From the NCBI GenBank assembly GCA_902634235.1, contig CACPJN010000003.1, positions 25,868 to 89,867 on the forward strand: a stretch of DNA of 64,000 bases, read 5' to 3'. A program made the translations under genes and the position numbers. Below the pieces are notes generated by a model. The model worked only from the letters and a program-made list of their open reading frames with translations. It did not search any database and was not told where the DNA came from. Source of the DNA: an uncultured Pelagibacteraceae bacterium (GTDB lineage Bacteria > Pseudomonadota > Alphaproteobacteria > Pelagibacterales > Pelagibacteraceae). Of this stretch, positions 24,495-35,085 are shown piece by piece (the first letter of the stretch is position 1; every line of letters begins with the position of its first letter).

Positions 24495-25426
24495 TAAAAT
24501 TTTGAGGCCCTTAATAATCTATCATTAATAGTTTTGCCAATTCCCTTATTTGGGATTTTACCTACAGCTATAGATTTATAATTATCTTTTTTTATCTTTC
24601 TTAAAATAGTGTAAAGATTTTTTGCGGCCTCTTTTAAATTGCCCTTTTTTGATAAAAAATAGTAGTTTGTTTTGTTAATTTTATTTTTTTTAAATAATAA
24701 AAAAGCTTCTTCTTTTTTTATTTTTTTTATATTAAGTCTAATTGGAATTCCAGGTGAATAATGAATTCTTAATTGTCCAGGAGCAGAAATTTTAGAGGGA
24801 TTTATATTTATTGAAATCTTTTTCTTTAATATTTTTTTAATTTTCCCAATTTCTAAAGCACCTAATCTTAAAATTTTTGGTTTTTTTCTGAGATCAATAA
24901 TTGTAGATTCAATACCATCTGATGACCTTCCACCCTCAAGTATATACTTAATTTTTTTTCCAAAATCTTCTTTTACTTCCGAGGAAGTTACTGCACTAAT
25001 TTTTGTGGAAATATTTGCACTAGGTGCTGCGATAGGAAATTTTAAATATTTCAATAGTATTCTTGTTACAGGATGTTTTGGAAATCTTACAGCGAGAGTT
25101 TTTTTTTTATTTGTTGCGATTTTTGAAATTTTTGAAGTTTTTTTTTGATTTAAAACAAATGTTATTGGACCAGGACAAAATTTTTTATATAATTTAAGAA
25201 AATTATCATTTAATTCACAATCATCTCTTAATTTTTTTAAATCATAATAATGAACAATTAGAGGGTTTTTCGCCGGTCTATTTTTTAATCGAAATATTTT
25301 TTTACATGCTGTATCGGAATATGCATTTCCTGCAATTCCATAAACAGTTTCGGTGGGTATAGCAACACACTCTCTTCTATTTAAGAGATTCTTTGCTTTT
25401 TTAATATTTGCAAGACTAATTTTCAT
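24494..25426 (-). CDS. tsaC: L-threonylcarbamoyladenylate synthase (Sua5 type)
   Basis: PTETVYG, KNRPAKNPLIVH, APSAN, ESTII, APGQLRIHYSP and INDRLLRA. Confidence 0.93.
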   Translation of the reverse strand: MKISLANIKKAKNLLNRRECVAIPTETVYGIAGNAYSDTACKKIFRLKNRPAKNPLIVHYYDLKKLRDDCELNDNFLKLYKKFCPGPITFVLNQKKTSKISKIATNKKKTLAVRFPKHPVTRILLKYLKFPIAAPSANISTKISAVTSSEVKEDFGKKIKYILEGGRSSDGIESTIIDLRKKPKILRLGALEIGKIKKILKKKISININPSKISAPGQLRIHYSPGIPIRLNIKKIKKEEAFLLFKKNKINKTNYYFLSKKGNLKEAAKNLYTILRKIKKDNYKSIAVGKIPNKGIGKTINDRLLRASKF

Positions 25427-25446
25427 GTATTATTTGAGAGTATTAT

Positions 25447-25701
25447 ATGAAAGATAAAAATTTACCAAATGATTATAATTCATTATCTCTTGAGGAATTA
25501 ACCACTGAGGCAAATAAGATGATTGAAGAATTGGAAAATCAAAAGGATTTAGGAAACTCTTTAGAAAAGTATCAAAATTTAATTAAACTAAACAATATAA
25601 TTGAGAAAAAATTTCATATGAATAATAAAAGAATAAATGAGAAAACAAAAGAAAAGATTTCCAAAATTAATCAAAAAAATTATGCAAAGAAAATTAAATA
25701 A
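25447..25701 (+). CDS. xseB: Exodeoxyribonuclease VII small subunit-like protein
   Basis: SLEE...IEELE...LGNSLEKY pattern; xseB-ispA-dxs synteny. Confidence 0.7.
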   Translation: MKDKNLPNDYNSLSLEELTTEANKMIEELENQKDLGNSLEKYQNLIKLNNIIEKKFHMNNKRINEKTKEKISKINQKNYAKKIK

Positions 25702-26554
25702 AATTGCGAAAGATACAAATTTATTTTTAAAAAGTTTTATTGCCAAACAAAAAAAATCAAATTTGATAGTTGCAATGAAATATGGTCTATTTTCTGGAGG
25801 AAAAAAGATAAGATCAAAAATTTTGATTGATGTTGGATCTCTATTTAAGTTAGATTATAAGACACTTATCGTTATTGGTGCTGCAGTTGAGTGTATTCAT
25901 GCGTATTCATTAATTCATGACGATTTACCTTGTATGGACGATGACGCTATAAGAAGAGGTAAACCTTCAGCACATATTAAATTTGGAGAAGCTACTGCAG
26001 TTTTAGCGGGAAACTCACTTTTAACAATGGCTTTTGAAATTTTAAGTCATAAAGATTTAAGAGTAGGAGAAAAAACAAAGATTGATTTGATAAATAAAAT
26101 TTCTGAAAGCTCAGGTCATCTTGGAATAGCAGGGGGACAATATTTAGATTTAAATTACGAACGTAAGAAAATTTCCCAAAAAAAGATTGAAGAGATGGAA
26201 ATTAAAAAAACAGGAAAACTTTTTAGTTTTTGTTGCGCAGCACCATTAATAATCAAGAAAAAAAACAAATATGATGTTAAGAAATTTGAAAATATTGGTG
26301 CCGAAATAGGTTTGTTATTTCAAGTTGCTGATGATTTGATTGATTATAAAGGAAATATACTTGTTGCAGGAAAAAAAACTGGAAAGGATAAAAAAAAAGG
26401 AAAAGCAACTCTAATTAGTTTACTAGGATACAAAAATACTATTAAATATGCTAATAATTTAATTTTAAAAATAAATAGCAAATTAAAAAAATATGGACCT
26501 AAATCAAGAAATTTGTCTGAAACATTGAATTATATTTTGAATAGAAATAAATGA
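25682..26554 (+). CDS. ispA: Farnesyl diphosphate synthase
   Basis: [33 protein letters not shown] and FQVADD; start moved to ATG 25682. Confidence 0.93.
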   Translation: MQRKLNKIAKDTNLFLKSFIAKQKKSNLIVAMKYGLFSGGKKIRSKILIDVGSLFKLDYKTLIVIGAAVECIHAYSLIHDDLPCMDDDAIRRGKPSAHIKFGEATAVLAGNSLLTMAFEILSHKDLRVGEKTKIDLINKISESSGHLGIAGGQYLDLNYERKKISQKKIEEMEIKKTGKLFSFCCAAPLIIKKKNKYDVKKFENIGAEIGLLFQVADDLIDYKGNILVAGKKTGKDKKKGKATLISLLGYKNTIKYANNLILKINSKLKKYGPKSRNLSETLNYILNRNK

Positions 26555-28464
26555 AAAAAAAATTTGAATTTTTAGATGAAATTAATTTTCCATCAGATTT
26601 AAGGAAAATACCTGAGTCAAAATTACAAAAAGTTGCAGATGAATTAAGAGAAGAAATGATTGATGCTGTGTCAGTGACCGGTGGTCATCTAGGGGCAAGT
26701 CTTGGTGTCGTAGAATTAACTGTTGCTTTACATTATATTTTTAATACACCAAATGATAAGTTAATCTGGGATGTAGGCCATCAGTGTTATCCACATAAAA
26801 TTTTAACTGGTAGAAAAGACAGAATAAGAACTCTTAGACAAGGAAATGGTCTTTCAGGCTTCACAAAAAGGTCAGAAAGTGAATATGATACTTTTGGTGC
26901 TGCACACAGCTCAACATCTATTTCATCAGCACTAGGTATAGCTGAGGCAAACAAATTATCTAATAAGTCAGACAATGTAATTGCAGTAATTGGTGACGGT
27001 GCAATTAGTGCAGGGATGGCATATGAAGCCATGAATAATGCTGGTGCCTCAAAAACTAAGATGATCGTAATTTTAAATGATAATGATATGTCAATTGCTC
27101 GACCAGTAGGAGCAATGAGTACTTATTTAGCAAAAATTTTTTCGGGTAGGATTTATTTTAGTTTAAGAGAAACTCTAAAATTAATTATGTCAGCTTTTTC
27201 AAAAAGATTTAGTGTGAAGGCAGGCAAAGCAGAAGATCTTCTTAGGTCAGCTGTTACAGGTGGAACTTTATTTAGTTCACTTGGATTTTATTACATTGGC
27301 CCTATAGACGGTCATGATTTAAATTCACTAATTCCTATTTTAAAAAATGCTAAGGATTCTAAGCACGAGGGACCAATTTTAATACATATCAAAACAAAAA
27401 AAGGTAAAGGTTATACTTTTGCAGAGGAAGCAAAAGACAATTATCATGGAGTATCAAAATTTAATGTCAAAACTGGTGAACAACAAAAAAACACAAGTAA
27501 ATTACCTACATACACAAAGGTTTTCGCAAATACCTTAATTCAGCACGCTAAAAAGGACAGTAAAATTGTAGCTATTACAGCTGCAATGCCTGATGGTACT
27601 GGTCTTGATATTTTTCGTAAAGAGTTTCCAGATAGGACTTTTGATGTTGGGATTGCAGAGCAACATGCAGTTACATTTGCTGCAGGTTTAGCCACTGAAA
27701 ATTTTAAACCCTATGCGGCTATCTATTCCACTTTTCTTCAAAGAGCTTACGATCAAGTAGTTCATGACGTAGCTATTCAAAGCTTACCTGTTAGATTCGC
27801 AATTGATAGAGCAGGACTTGTTGGTGCTGATGGACCAACACACGCTGGGAGTTTCGACACAACATATTTAACTACTTTACCAAACTTTATTGTTATGGCG
27901 GCAAGTGACGAAGCTGAGCTTGTAAGAATGATAAATACCTCAACTGAGATTAATGATAGGCCTTGCGCATTTAGATATCCAAGAGGCACAGGATTAGGTT
28001 CAATTTTACCCTCATTAAATGAAAAAATTGAGATAGGAAAATCAAAAATTATCAAAGAAGGAAAAAAATTAGCAATTTTAAATTTTGGAGCAAGATTAAA
28101 TGAAACGTTGAAGGCCGCAGAGAATTTATTAAAAAAAGGTGTACCAATAACAGTTGTTGATGCCAGATTTGCAAAACCTTTAGATGAAAATCTCATTTGG
28201 CAATTAGCTACAACTCATGAAGCAATTATGACTATCGAGGAGGGTTCAATCGGTGGATTTGGATCTCATGTGGTAAATTTTTTGACAAAAAAAGGTTTAA
28301 TGGACTCTAATTTAAAATTTAGATCATTAACTTTGCCAGATATTTTTATTGACCAAGATACTCCAGACAAAATGTATAAAGTGGCAAATCTAGACTCAGT
28401 TTCAATTGAGGAGAAAGTTTTAGATTTATTAAATTCTAATATAGTTTTGAAAAAACAAAATTAA
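26551..28464 (+). CDS. dxs: 1-deoxy-D-xylulose-5-phosphate synthase
   Basis: [19 protein letters not shown]...NDN, IAEQHA and [13 protein letters not shown]. Confidence 0.98.
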   Translation: MKKKFEFLDEINFPSDLRKIPESKLQKVADELREEMIDAVSVTGGHLGASLGVVELTVALHYIFNTPNDKLIWDVGHQCYPHKILTGRKDRIRTLRQGNGLSGFTKRSESEYDTFGAAHSSTSISSALGIAEANKLSNKSDNVIAVIGDGAISAGMAYEAMNNAGASKTKMIVILNDNDMSIARPVGAMSTYLAKIFSGRIYFSLRETLKLIMSAFSKRFSVKAGKAEDLLRSAVTGGTLFSSLGFYYIGPIDGHDLNSLIPILKNAKDSKHEGPILIHIKTKKGKGYTFAEEAKDNYHGVSKFNVKTGEQQKNTSKLPTYTKVFANTLIQHAKKDSKIVAITAAMPDGTGLDIFRKEFPDRTFDVGIAEQHAVTFAAGLATENFKPYAAIYSTFLQRAYDQVVHDVAIQSLPVRFAIDRAGLVGADGPTHAGSFDTTYLTTLPNFIVMAASDEAELVRMINTSTEINDRPCAFRYPRGTGLGSILPSLNEKIEIGKSKIIKEGKKLAILNFGARLNETLKAAENLLKKGVPITVVDARFAKPLDENLIWQLATTHEAIMTIEEGSIGGFGSHVVNFLTKKGLMDSNLKFRSLTLPDIFIDQDTPDKMYKVANLDSVSIEEKVLDLLNSNIVLKKQN

Positions 28465-28467
28465 GAA

Positions 28468-29550
28468 TTAACCACACTGAGCTTTATGTAGGAGGTAATG
28501 ATCAAGTAAAACACACGATAGCATAGCTTCACCTACAGGCACAGCTCTAATACCCACGCATGGATCATGCCTACCTTTGACTGATATACTTGTATTCTTT
28601 CCGAACTTATTAATTGTTTTCCTACTTTTTAAAATTGAAGAGGTTGGTTTTACGGCAAAAGAAACAATTATTTCTTGACCTGAAGAAATGCCTCCTAGAA
28701 TACCTCCAGCATTATTAGATTTAAACTTTGTTTTTTTTTTATTTTGAGAAATTTCATCTGAATTTTCCTCACCCGACAATTGTGCTGAGTTCATGCCCGA
28801 GCCAATATTAACTCCTTTTACAGCATTTATACTCATCATAGCTGATGCTATGTCGGAGTCTAATTTTGAGTATATAGGTGCACCTAATCCAGCGGGAATA
28901 CCATTTGCTCTTACTTCGATTATCGCTCCACACGACGATCCAGCTTTTCTAATACTTAATAAGTATTTTTCCCAAATTTCTAACATTGATTTATCTGGGC
29001 AAAAAAATGGGTTTTTAGAAATTACTTTATCATCCCATTTGTTAGTATCGCATCCTAATATTCCGAGTTGGGTTACTGCTCCAGAGATTTTAAATTTTTT
29101 TCCTAATTTATTTTCTAAAACTTTTTTTGCCACTGCGCCCGCTGCAACTCTTGCAGCTGTTTCTCTGGCAGATGATCTACCACCACCTCTGTAGTCTCTT
29201 ATTCCATATTTCTTAAAATAAGTGAAATCAGCATGTCCTGGTCTAAATTTATCTTTAATATCATTATAATCCTTTGAGCGCATATCTTCGTTGTAAATTA
29301 TTAATGATATTGGTGTCCCTGTCGTTTTTCCCTCAAAAACTCCTGAAAGAATTTGAACCTTATCACTTTCCTTCCTTTGGGTAGTAAACTTAGACTGCCC
29401 AGGTTTTCGTTTATTTAATTCTTTTTGAATATCCTCCTCTTTTAATGTTATTAATGGCGGACATCCATCGATAATACACCCAATAGCTGGACCATGGGAC
29501 TCCCCCCAAGTTGTGAATCGAAAAGACTTTCCAAAAGTATTAAATGACAT
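28468..29550 (-). CDS. aroC: Chorismate synthase
   Basis: [25 protein letters not shown] and GRHDPCV. Confidence 0.98.
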   Translation of the reverse strand: MSFNTFGKSFRFTTWGESHGPAIGCIIDGCPPLITLKEEDIQKELNKRKPGQSKFTTQRKESDKVQILSGVFEGKTTGTPISLIIYNEDMRSKDYNDIKDKFRPGHADFTYFKKYGIRDYRGGGRSSARETAARVAAGAVAKKVLENKLGKKFKISGAVTQLGILGCDTNKWDDKVISKNPFFCPDKSMLEIWEKYLLSIRKAGSSCGAIIEVRANGIPAGLGAPIYSKLDSDIASAMMSINAVKGVNIGSGMNSAQLSGEENSDEISQNKKKTKFKSNNAGGILGGISSGQEIIVSFAVKPTSSILKSRKTINKFGKNTSISVKGRHDPCVGIRAVPVGEAMLSCVLLDHYLLHKAQCG

Positions 29551-29583
29551 TATTTATATTGTATAGATTATTTTGTTTAAATT

Positions 29584-30210
29584 ATGAATCAAAAAAACTC
29601 ATTAGGGCTTAATAAATGCTTCTTAGATCTAGATAACCCATTTGAACTATTTCAAAAATGGTTTGATGAGGCAAAAAAAAAAGAAATTAATGATCCAAAT
29701 GCTCTAGCACTTGGGACCGCAAACAAACAAGGTATTCCCTCTGTAAGAATGGTTTTACTGAAAGGACATAGTGAAAAGGGATTTGTTTTTTATACAAATT
29801 TAAATAGCCAGAAAGGAAATGAAATTAAAGAAAACCCAAATGCTACAATGTGTTTTCATTGGAAAAGTTTACTTAGACAAATAAGAATAGTTGGAACATT
29901 GAGACAAGTAGATGATCAAACTGCTAACGAGTACTATAACTCTAGAGCATATGATAGCAGAATAGGTGCATGGGCCTCAAAACAAAGTAGTATTCTCCAA
30001 AATAGAGGTGAACTTTTAGATGCTATAGAGAATTATAAAAAAAAATATAATGATAAAGATAATGTACCAAGACCAAGCCATTGGTCTGGCTGGAATTTAA
30101 CACCTTCAACAATTGAATTTTGGTTAGATGGAGATAACAGAATCCATGAAAGATTAAAGTACTCTCTTGATAAAAGCGGTAGTTGGATAAAAAGTCTTCT
30201 AAGCCCCTAA
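29584..30210 (+). CDS. pdxH: Pyridoxamine 5'-phosphate oxidase
   Basis: RMVLLKG, FYTN..SQKG, RQIRI, GAWASKQS and EFW...RIHER. Confidence 0.94.
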   Translation: MNQKNSLGLNKCFLDLDNPFELFQKWFDEAKKKEINDPNALALGTANKQGIPSVRMVLLKGHSEKGFVFYTNLNSQKGNEIKENPNATMCFHWKSLLRQIRIVGTLRQVDDQTANEYYNSRAYDSRIGAWASKQSSILQNRGELLDAIENYKKKYNDKDNVPRPSHWSGWNLTPSTIEFWLDGDNRIHERLKYSLDKSGSWIKSLLSP

Positions 30211-31220
30211 AAATCTCTAGACAAACTAAATGAAGTTAAATTTTCAAGAATATTTCTTTCATTACAATTTTTAAATATTGATAATGAGTTTGACGCTAAA
30301 TTTATGTAATGATTTGCTTTTTGATAACATTCTCTAATAATTTCATACTGCTTGATTAAAGATAATGTAAAATTAAAATCTCTTTCATTTCTAGTGTCTT
30401 TTAAAAAAATACCTTTAAGGTTTTCTTTTTCTTTTAAACTTGCTTTTTGAAATAACAAGATCACTGGAAGAGTAATTTTCCCTTCGTAAAAATCTTTTCC
30501 AATTATTTTTCCAAATAATTTTGACTCAGAATTATAATCTAAAGTATCATCTGCTATTTGGAACGTTAAACCTAAATTTCTTCCATAAAATTCTAAGGCC
30601 TCCTTTTCCTTTGTTGTCATGTCTGACAAAATTGCACCAACCTTGGTGGCTGCCGCAAATAATTCGGCAGTTTTTGCAGAGATTATTCTTAAATAAGTTT
30701 CTTCCAACATATCTACCTCACCTTTATGTTGTAACTGAAGAACCTCACCTTGCGCAATCTTAGATGAAGTTGAAGATAATAATTTTAAGACTTCAATATT
30801 TCCATCATCTACCATCATTTCAAAACACCTGCTTAGTAAATAATCTCCAACTAAAACCGAAGAATGATTATCCCAAACTTTGTTTAATGTTTTTCTACCT
30901 CTCCTAATAGATCCATTATCTATCACATCATCATGCATTAAAGTTGCTGAGTGGATAAGTTCTACACAAGCAGCTAAATTTACGTCTCTTGTTCCTTTTG
31001 CATATCCACATAATTTTGCAGAACCTAGAGTTAGTAAGGCCCTTAATCTTTTTCCACCCGTATCAAGATGGTAACTTGTCATCTTCTGAACCAAGTCGAC
31101 ATTGCTCTCTAATTTAGACTTTATTTTTTCTTCAACTAACATCAATTTATCTTCAACTGAATTTTTAAGTTGAAAATATGAATTATTAATTTTGTTTTTT
31201 AATTGAATGACACTTCCCAT
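30207..31220 (-). CDS. ispB: Long-chain polyprenyl diphosphate synthase
   Basis: GGKRLR, HSATLMHDDVID, RRG, FQIADD and GKDFYEGKITLP. Confidence 0.93.
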   Translation of the reverse strand: MGSVIQLKNKINNSYFQLKNSVEDKLMLVEEKIKSKLESNVDLVQKMTSYHLDTGGKRLRALLTLGSAKLCGYAKGTRDVNLAACVELIHSATLMHDDVIDNGSIRRGRKTLNKVWDNHSSVLVGDYLLSRCFEMMVDDGNIEVLKLLSSTSSKIAQGEVLQLQHKGEVDMLEETYLRIISAKTAELFAAATKVGAILSDMTTKEKEALEFYGRNLGLTFQIADDTLDYNSESKLFGKIIGKDFYEGKITLPVILLFQKASLKEKENLKGIFLKDTRNERDFNFTLSLIKQYEIIRECYQKANHYINLASNSLSIFKNCNERNILENLTSFSLSRDF

Positions 31221-31333
31221 TTCTTAAGCAAATTAGTACAATAGGTTGCTTTTCATACTTATCAATTGACGCACCTGAATCTTCAATTATAAGGTGTCTT
31301 TATATTCACAAAAAAATTCTATAAATATTAAAT

Positions 31334-32140
31334 ATGTTACCTTTTTTTAAAAAAAAAAAAATTATTCCACATATAAAGCTAAGTGGTGTAATTGGAAATG
31401 TTGGTAAATTTAAACAAGGCATAGATTTTTCTGGTCAAGAAGAGATTATTTCAAAAGCTTTCTCAGTTAAAAAAGCACCATGTGTTGCTATTACAATAAA
31501 CTCTCCTGGAGGTTCACCTGTACAATCACATTTAATTTATAGCCTAATTAGACAACAGGCGAAAAAAAATAAAAAAAAAGTGATGGTTTTTGCTGAAGAT
31601 GTAGCAGCCTCAGGTGGATATCTAATAGCATGTGCCGGTGATGAAATTTATGCAAACTCAAGTTCTATTATAGGTTCAATAGGAGTGATTTACTCTTCTT
31701 TTGGTTTTACGGAGTTGATTAAAAAGATAGGTGTTGAAAGAAGGGTGCATACTGCTGGGAAAAATAAAAGCACATTAGACCCGTTTCAAGATGAAAAAAA
31801 GGAGGACATCGAAAGACTAAAAAATATTCAACTAGATTTACATAAAGATTTCATTGAGGTGGTCGAAAAAAGCAGATCATCAAAACTTAAAAAATCTGAG
31901 GTTGAATTATTTTCAGGTGAATTTTGGTCAGGCAGAAAAGCTAAAGATCTTGGTTTGATAGATGAGATTGGAAATGCAAATGAGATATTAAGAGAAAAAT
32001 TTGGAGAGGATGTTGTTATTAAAAAATTTGAAAAATCAAAAAGTTGGCTAAGTAAAAAATTATCATCTTCAAATGATCATGTCGATCAATTAACAAATAT
32101 ATTAGAGGAAAAATCAGTTTGGCAAAAATATGGCCTCTAA
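31334..32140 (+). CDS. sppA: S49 family peptidase (SppA-like)
   Basis: [25 protein letters not shown] and FSGEFW. Confidence 0.9.
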   Translation: MLPFFKKKKIIPHIKLSGVIGNVGKFKQGIDFSGQEEIISKAFSVKKAPCVAITINSPGGSPVQSHLIYSLIRQQAKKNKKKVMVFAEDVAASGGYLIACAGDEIYANSSSIIGSIGVIYSSFGFTELIKKIGVERRVHTAGKNKSTLDPFQDEKKEDIERLKNIQLDLHKDFIEVVEKSRSSKLKKSEVELFSGEFWSGRKAKDLGLIDEIGNANEILREKFGEDVVIKKFEKSKSWLSKKLSSSNDHVDQLTNILEEKSVWQKYGL

Positions 32141-33011
32141 AAAAAATAAAAAAAGAATAAAATCTCAAACTTTTCAAGATACGATTATTAATCTCCAAAA
32201 ATTTTGGAGTAAAAATGGCTGTATAATTTTGCAACCTTATGATATGGAAGTTGGGGCTGGAACATTTCACCCAGCTACTACTTTAAGATCACTTGGACCT
32301 AAGCCTTGGAAAGCAGCCTACGTCCAACCTTCACGAAGACCTACAGATGGAAGATATGGAGATAACCCAAATAGACTTCAGCATTATTATCAATTTCAAG
32401 TTATTATAAAACCATCCCCACTAAATATTAAAAAACTTTATTTAAATAGTTTGTCTGTAATAGGAATTAATTATAAAGACCACGATATTAGATTTGTTGA
32501 AGATGATTGGGAAAGCCCAACTTTAGGAGCTGCAGGTCTTGGATGGGAAGTATGGTGTGATGGAATGGAAATATCTCAATTTACATATTTTCAACAAATG
32601 GCAGGTTTTGAATGTAAACCAGTGTCAGTGGAGATAACTTATGGTCTTGAGAGAATTTGCATGTTTACCCAACAAAAAAATAACGTTTATGATTTAGTTT
32701 GGAATGATGAAGGTATTGAGTATAGAGAAATTTATCATCAATCAGAAAAAGAGTTCTCAGCTTATAACTTTGAATACGCTAATACGGAAAATTTATTTAA
32801 GATATTTGATATGCATGAAAGTGAAGCAAAATTATTAGTTGAAAAAAAAATATCATTACCTGCATACGATCAATGCTTGAAAGCAAGCCATATATTTAAT
32901 GTATTAGATGCTCGTGGAGCTATTAGTGTTGCTCAAAGAGCAGAATATATTAGTCGAATAAGAGAAATCACAAAACAAGCTGCTGCAATTTGGGTAGAGA
33001 CGCAAACATAA
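32130..33011 (+). CDS. glyQ: Glycine-tRNA ligase alpha subunit
   Basis: [30 protein letters not shown] and EITYGLER. Confidence 0.98.
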   Translation: MASKKNKKRIKSQTFQDTIINLQKFWSKNGCIILQPYDMEVGAGTFHPATTLRSLGPKPWKAAYVQPSRRPTDGRYGDNPNRLQHYYQFQVIIKPSPLNIKKLYLNSLSVIGINYKDHDIRFVEDDWESPTLGAAGLGWEVWCDGMEISQFTYFQQMAGFECKPVSVEITYGLERICMFTQQKNNVYDLVWNDEGIEYREIYHQSEKEFSAYNFEYANTENLFKIFDMHESEAKLLVEKKISLPAYDQCLKASHIFNVLDARGAISVAQRAEYISRIREITKQAAAIWVETQT

Positions 33012-33012
33012 A

Positions 33013-35085
33013 ATGTCAGAATTTTTTTTAGAGTTATTTAGTGAAGAAATTCCAGCTGGATTACAGAAAAATTTGAGAGAAAAAATTTTTGAAGATTTTA
33101 AAAATTTATTTGAGGAAAAATCAATTAATTCAAAAAAAAACTTTTCTTTTTCAACTCCAAACAGATTAGTTGTAGTTTTTGAGGGGTTAGATAAGCAAAT
33201 AAAAATAAAATCTAAAGAGATAAGAGGCCCTAAAACTAGTGCTCCCAATCAAGCACTAGAGGGTTTCTTGAGATCAAATAAAATTGATAAAAAGAAACTG
33301 TTTAAAAAGAAAACTGAAAAAGATGAATTTTATTTTTACAAAACTGAGGCAACCTCACTTAAAACTCATGATTTACTTACTGAATTCATTCCAAAAATTT
33401 TAAGTAACTATCAATGGAAAAAATCAATGAAATGGGGCGGGTTTGATTTAAATTGGGGAAGACCATTAAAATCAATCTTGTCAATATTTGAAAAAAAGAT
33501 TATAAGTTTTAAATTTCATCATCTAGTTTCCTCCAACCAGACTTTTTTAGATCAAGATTTTGAAGATAAAAAAAAAACTTTTGATAATTTTAGGAATTAT
33601 GAAAAATTTTTCGAAAATAATGGAGTTATTATTAATCAGAATAAAAGATTAAAAATAATTAATAAATCTTTTTCAAAAATACTTAGAAAAAAAGGGTTAA
33701 AAATTCATGAAAATCGCAAATTAATGGATGAGGTGGTAGATTTAGTAGATAACCCAAATGTTTTGTTATGCAAGTTCGATAGCAAATTTTTATCAGTTCC
33801 TAAAGAAATTTTGATCTTAACTATGGAGTCTCATCAAAAATATTTTCCAACATTTAATAATAAAGATGAAATTACGAATGAATTTTTAATTGTAATAAAT
33901 AAAAAGGATCAAAAAGGACTCATTAAAATTGGCAATGAAAGAGTAGTTGATGCAAGATTAAGTGATGCGGAATTTTTTTGGAATAAAGATAAAACTCAAA
34001 ATTTAGTTAAAAAGGTGTCAAAATTAAAATCAATGAATTTTTATAATGGTCTTGGATCTTATTTTGACAAAGTTCAACGAATGAGAAAAATTGGTGGAAT
34101 GATTTCAGATGAATTGTTAATCAGTAAAGAAAAAGTAGAATTGTCAGCATCAATTTGTAAAACTGATCTTACTTCTGATCTTGTTGGTGAATTTCCTGAA
34201 CTTCAAGGACTTATGGGAGGATATTTTTCTGAACATCAAGGGTTTGATAAAGATATTTCTTTAGCTATTTCTCAACAGTATTTGCCAATTGGTTTTAATT
34301 CAGTGGTTCCAAAAAAACCATTTAGTGTTGCTTTATCAATTACAGATAAGATTGATACCTTAGTTGGTTTTTTTGGTATTAACGAGAAACCCACAAGTTC
34401 AAAAGATCCATTAGCATTAAGAAGGATTGCGTTAGGCATAATAAGAACCATTATAGAAAATAAAAAAAATTTAAAAATAAATGACCTTTTAAATTATTCT
34501 TCACGCTTATTTGAAGATCAAGGATACAAGCTTGATAATCAAAATTTACAAAAAGACTTAAATGATTTTTTAAAAGATAGATTTAGATATTATCTTAAGG
34601 AGAAAGAAATACGTTTCGATATAATAGAAGCCACTTTATCATCATTTTCATTAAACAAATTATTTACATCTTTTGAAAAAGCAAAATGTCTCAATAAGAT
34701 AATTAATAGTCAAATTGGTATGGACATTAATTCGAGTTACAAAAGAGCTTCTAACATTTTGGATCACGAGATGAAAAATAATGAAATTAAGATAAATGAT
34801 ACAACTGATCCTGGTATTTTTAAAAGTGAATTTGAAAAAAATTTATACAAAAAAATCAATGATATTAAAAAATATTATTCTACTGTAAACAGTGATGAAA
34901 ACTTTGAGAAATCATTATTAATTTTAGCTGAAGTTAAAAAAGAAGTTTTTGAATTTTTTGATAACGTAAAAGTTAATGAGGATGACGAAACTTTAAGAAA
35001 AAACCGTTTGGAACTTATAAATATGTTATGTAAAACCTTTCAAAATTATATAAATTTTCAATTTTTAAAGGCTAATAATGAATAA
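33013..35085 (+). CDS. glyS: Glycine-tRNA ligase beta subunit
   Basis: ELFSEEIP, HQKYF, GNERVVDARLSDA, EFPELQG and KDPLALRR. Confidence 0.96.
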   Translation: MSEFFLELFSEEIPAGLQKNLREKIFEDFKNLFEEKSINSKKNFSFSTPNRLVVVFEGLDKQIKIKSKEIRGPKTSAPNQALEGFLRSNKIDKKKLFKKKTEKDEFYFYKTEATSLKTHDLLTEFIPKILSNYQWKKSMKWGGFDLNWGRPLKSILSIFEKKIISFKFHHLVSSNQTFLDQDFEDKKKTFDNFRNYEKFFENNGVIINQNKRLKIINKSFSKILRKKGLKIHENRKLMDEVVDLVDNPNVLLCKFDSKFLSVPKEILILTMESHQKYFPTFNNKDEITNEFLIVINKKDQKGLIKIGNERVVDARLSDAEFFWNKDKTQNLVKKVSKLKSMNFYNGLGSYFDKVQRMRKIGGMISDELLISKEKVELSASICKTDLTSDLVGEFPELQGLMGGYFSEHQGFDKDISLAISQQYLPIGFNSVVPKKPFSVALSITDKIDTLVGFFGINEKPTSSKDPLALRRIALGIIRTIIENKKNLKINDLLNYSSRLFEDQGYKLDNQNLQKDLNDFLKDRFRYYLKEKEIRFDIIEATLSSFSLNKLFTSFEKAKCLNKIINSQIGMDINSSYKRASNILDHEMKNNEIKINDTTDPGIFKSEFEKNLYKKINDIKKYYSTVNSDENFEKSLLILAEVKKEVFEFFDNVKVNEDDETLRKNRLELINMLCKTFQNYINFQFLKANNE

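Noticed and set aside
26787-26795. Perfect DnaA box TTATCCACA
   Set aside because: It lies within the conserved dxs HQCYPH codons, so coding explains it.
31221-31333. Possible structured RNA in the ispB-sppA spacer (GACGCACCT...AGGTGTC)
   Set aside because: Pairing is weak and bulged, and the spacer is adequately explained by divergent promoters.
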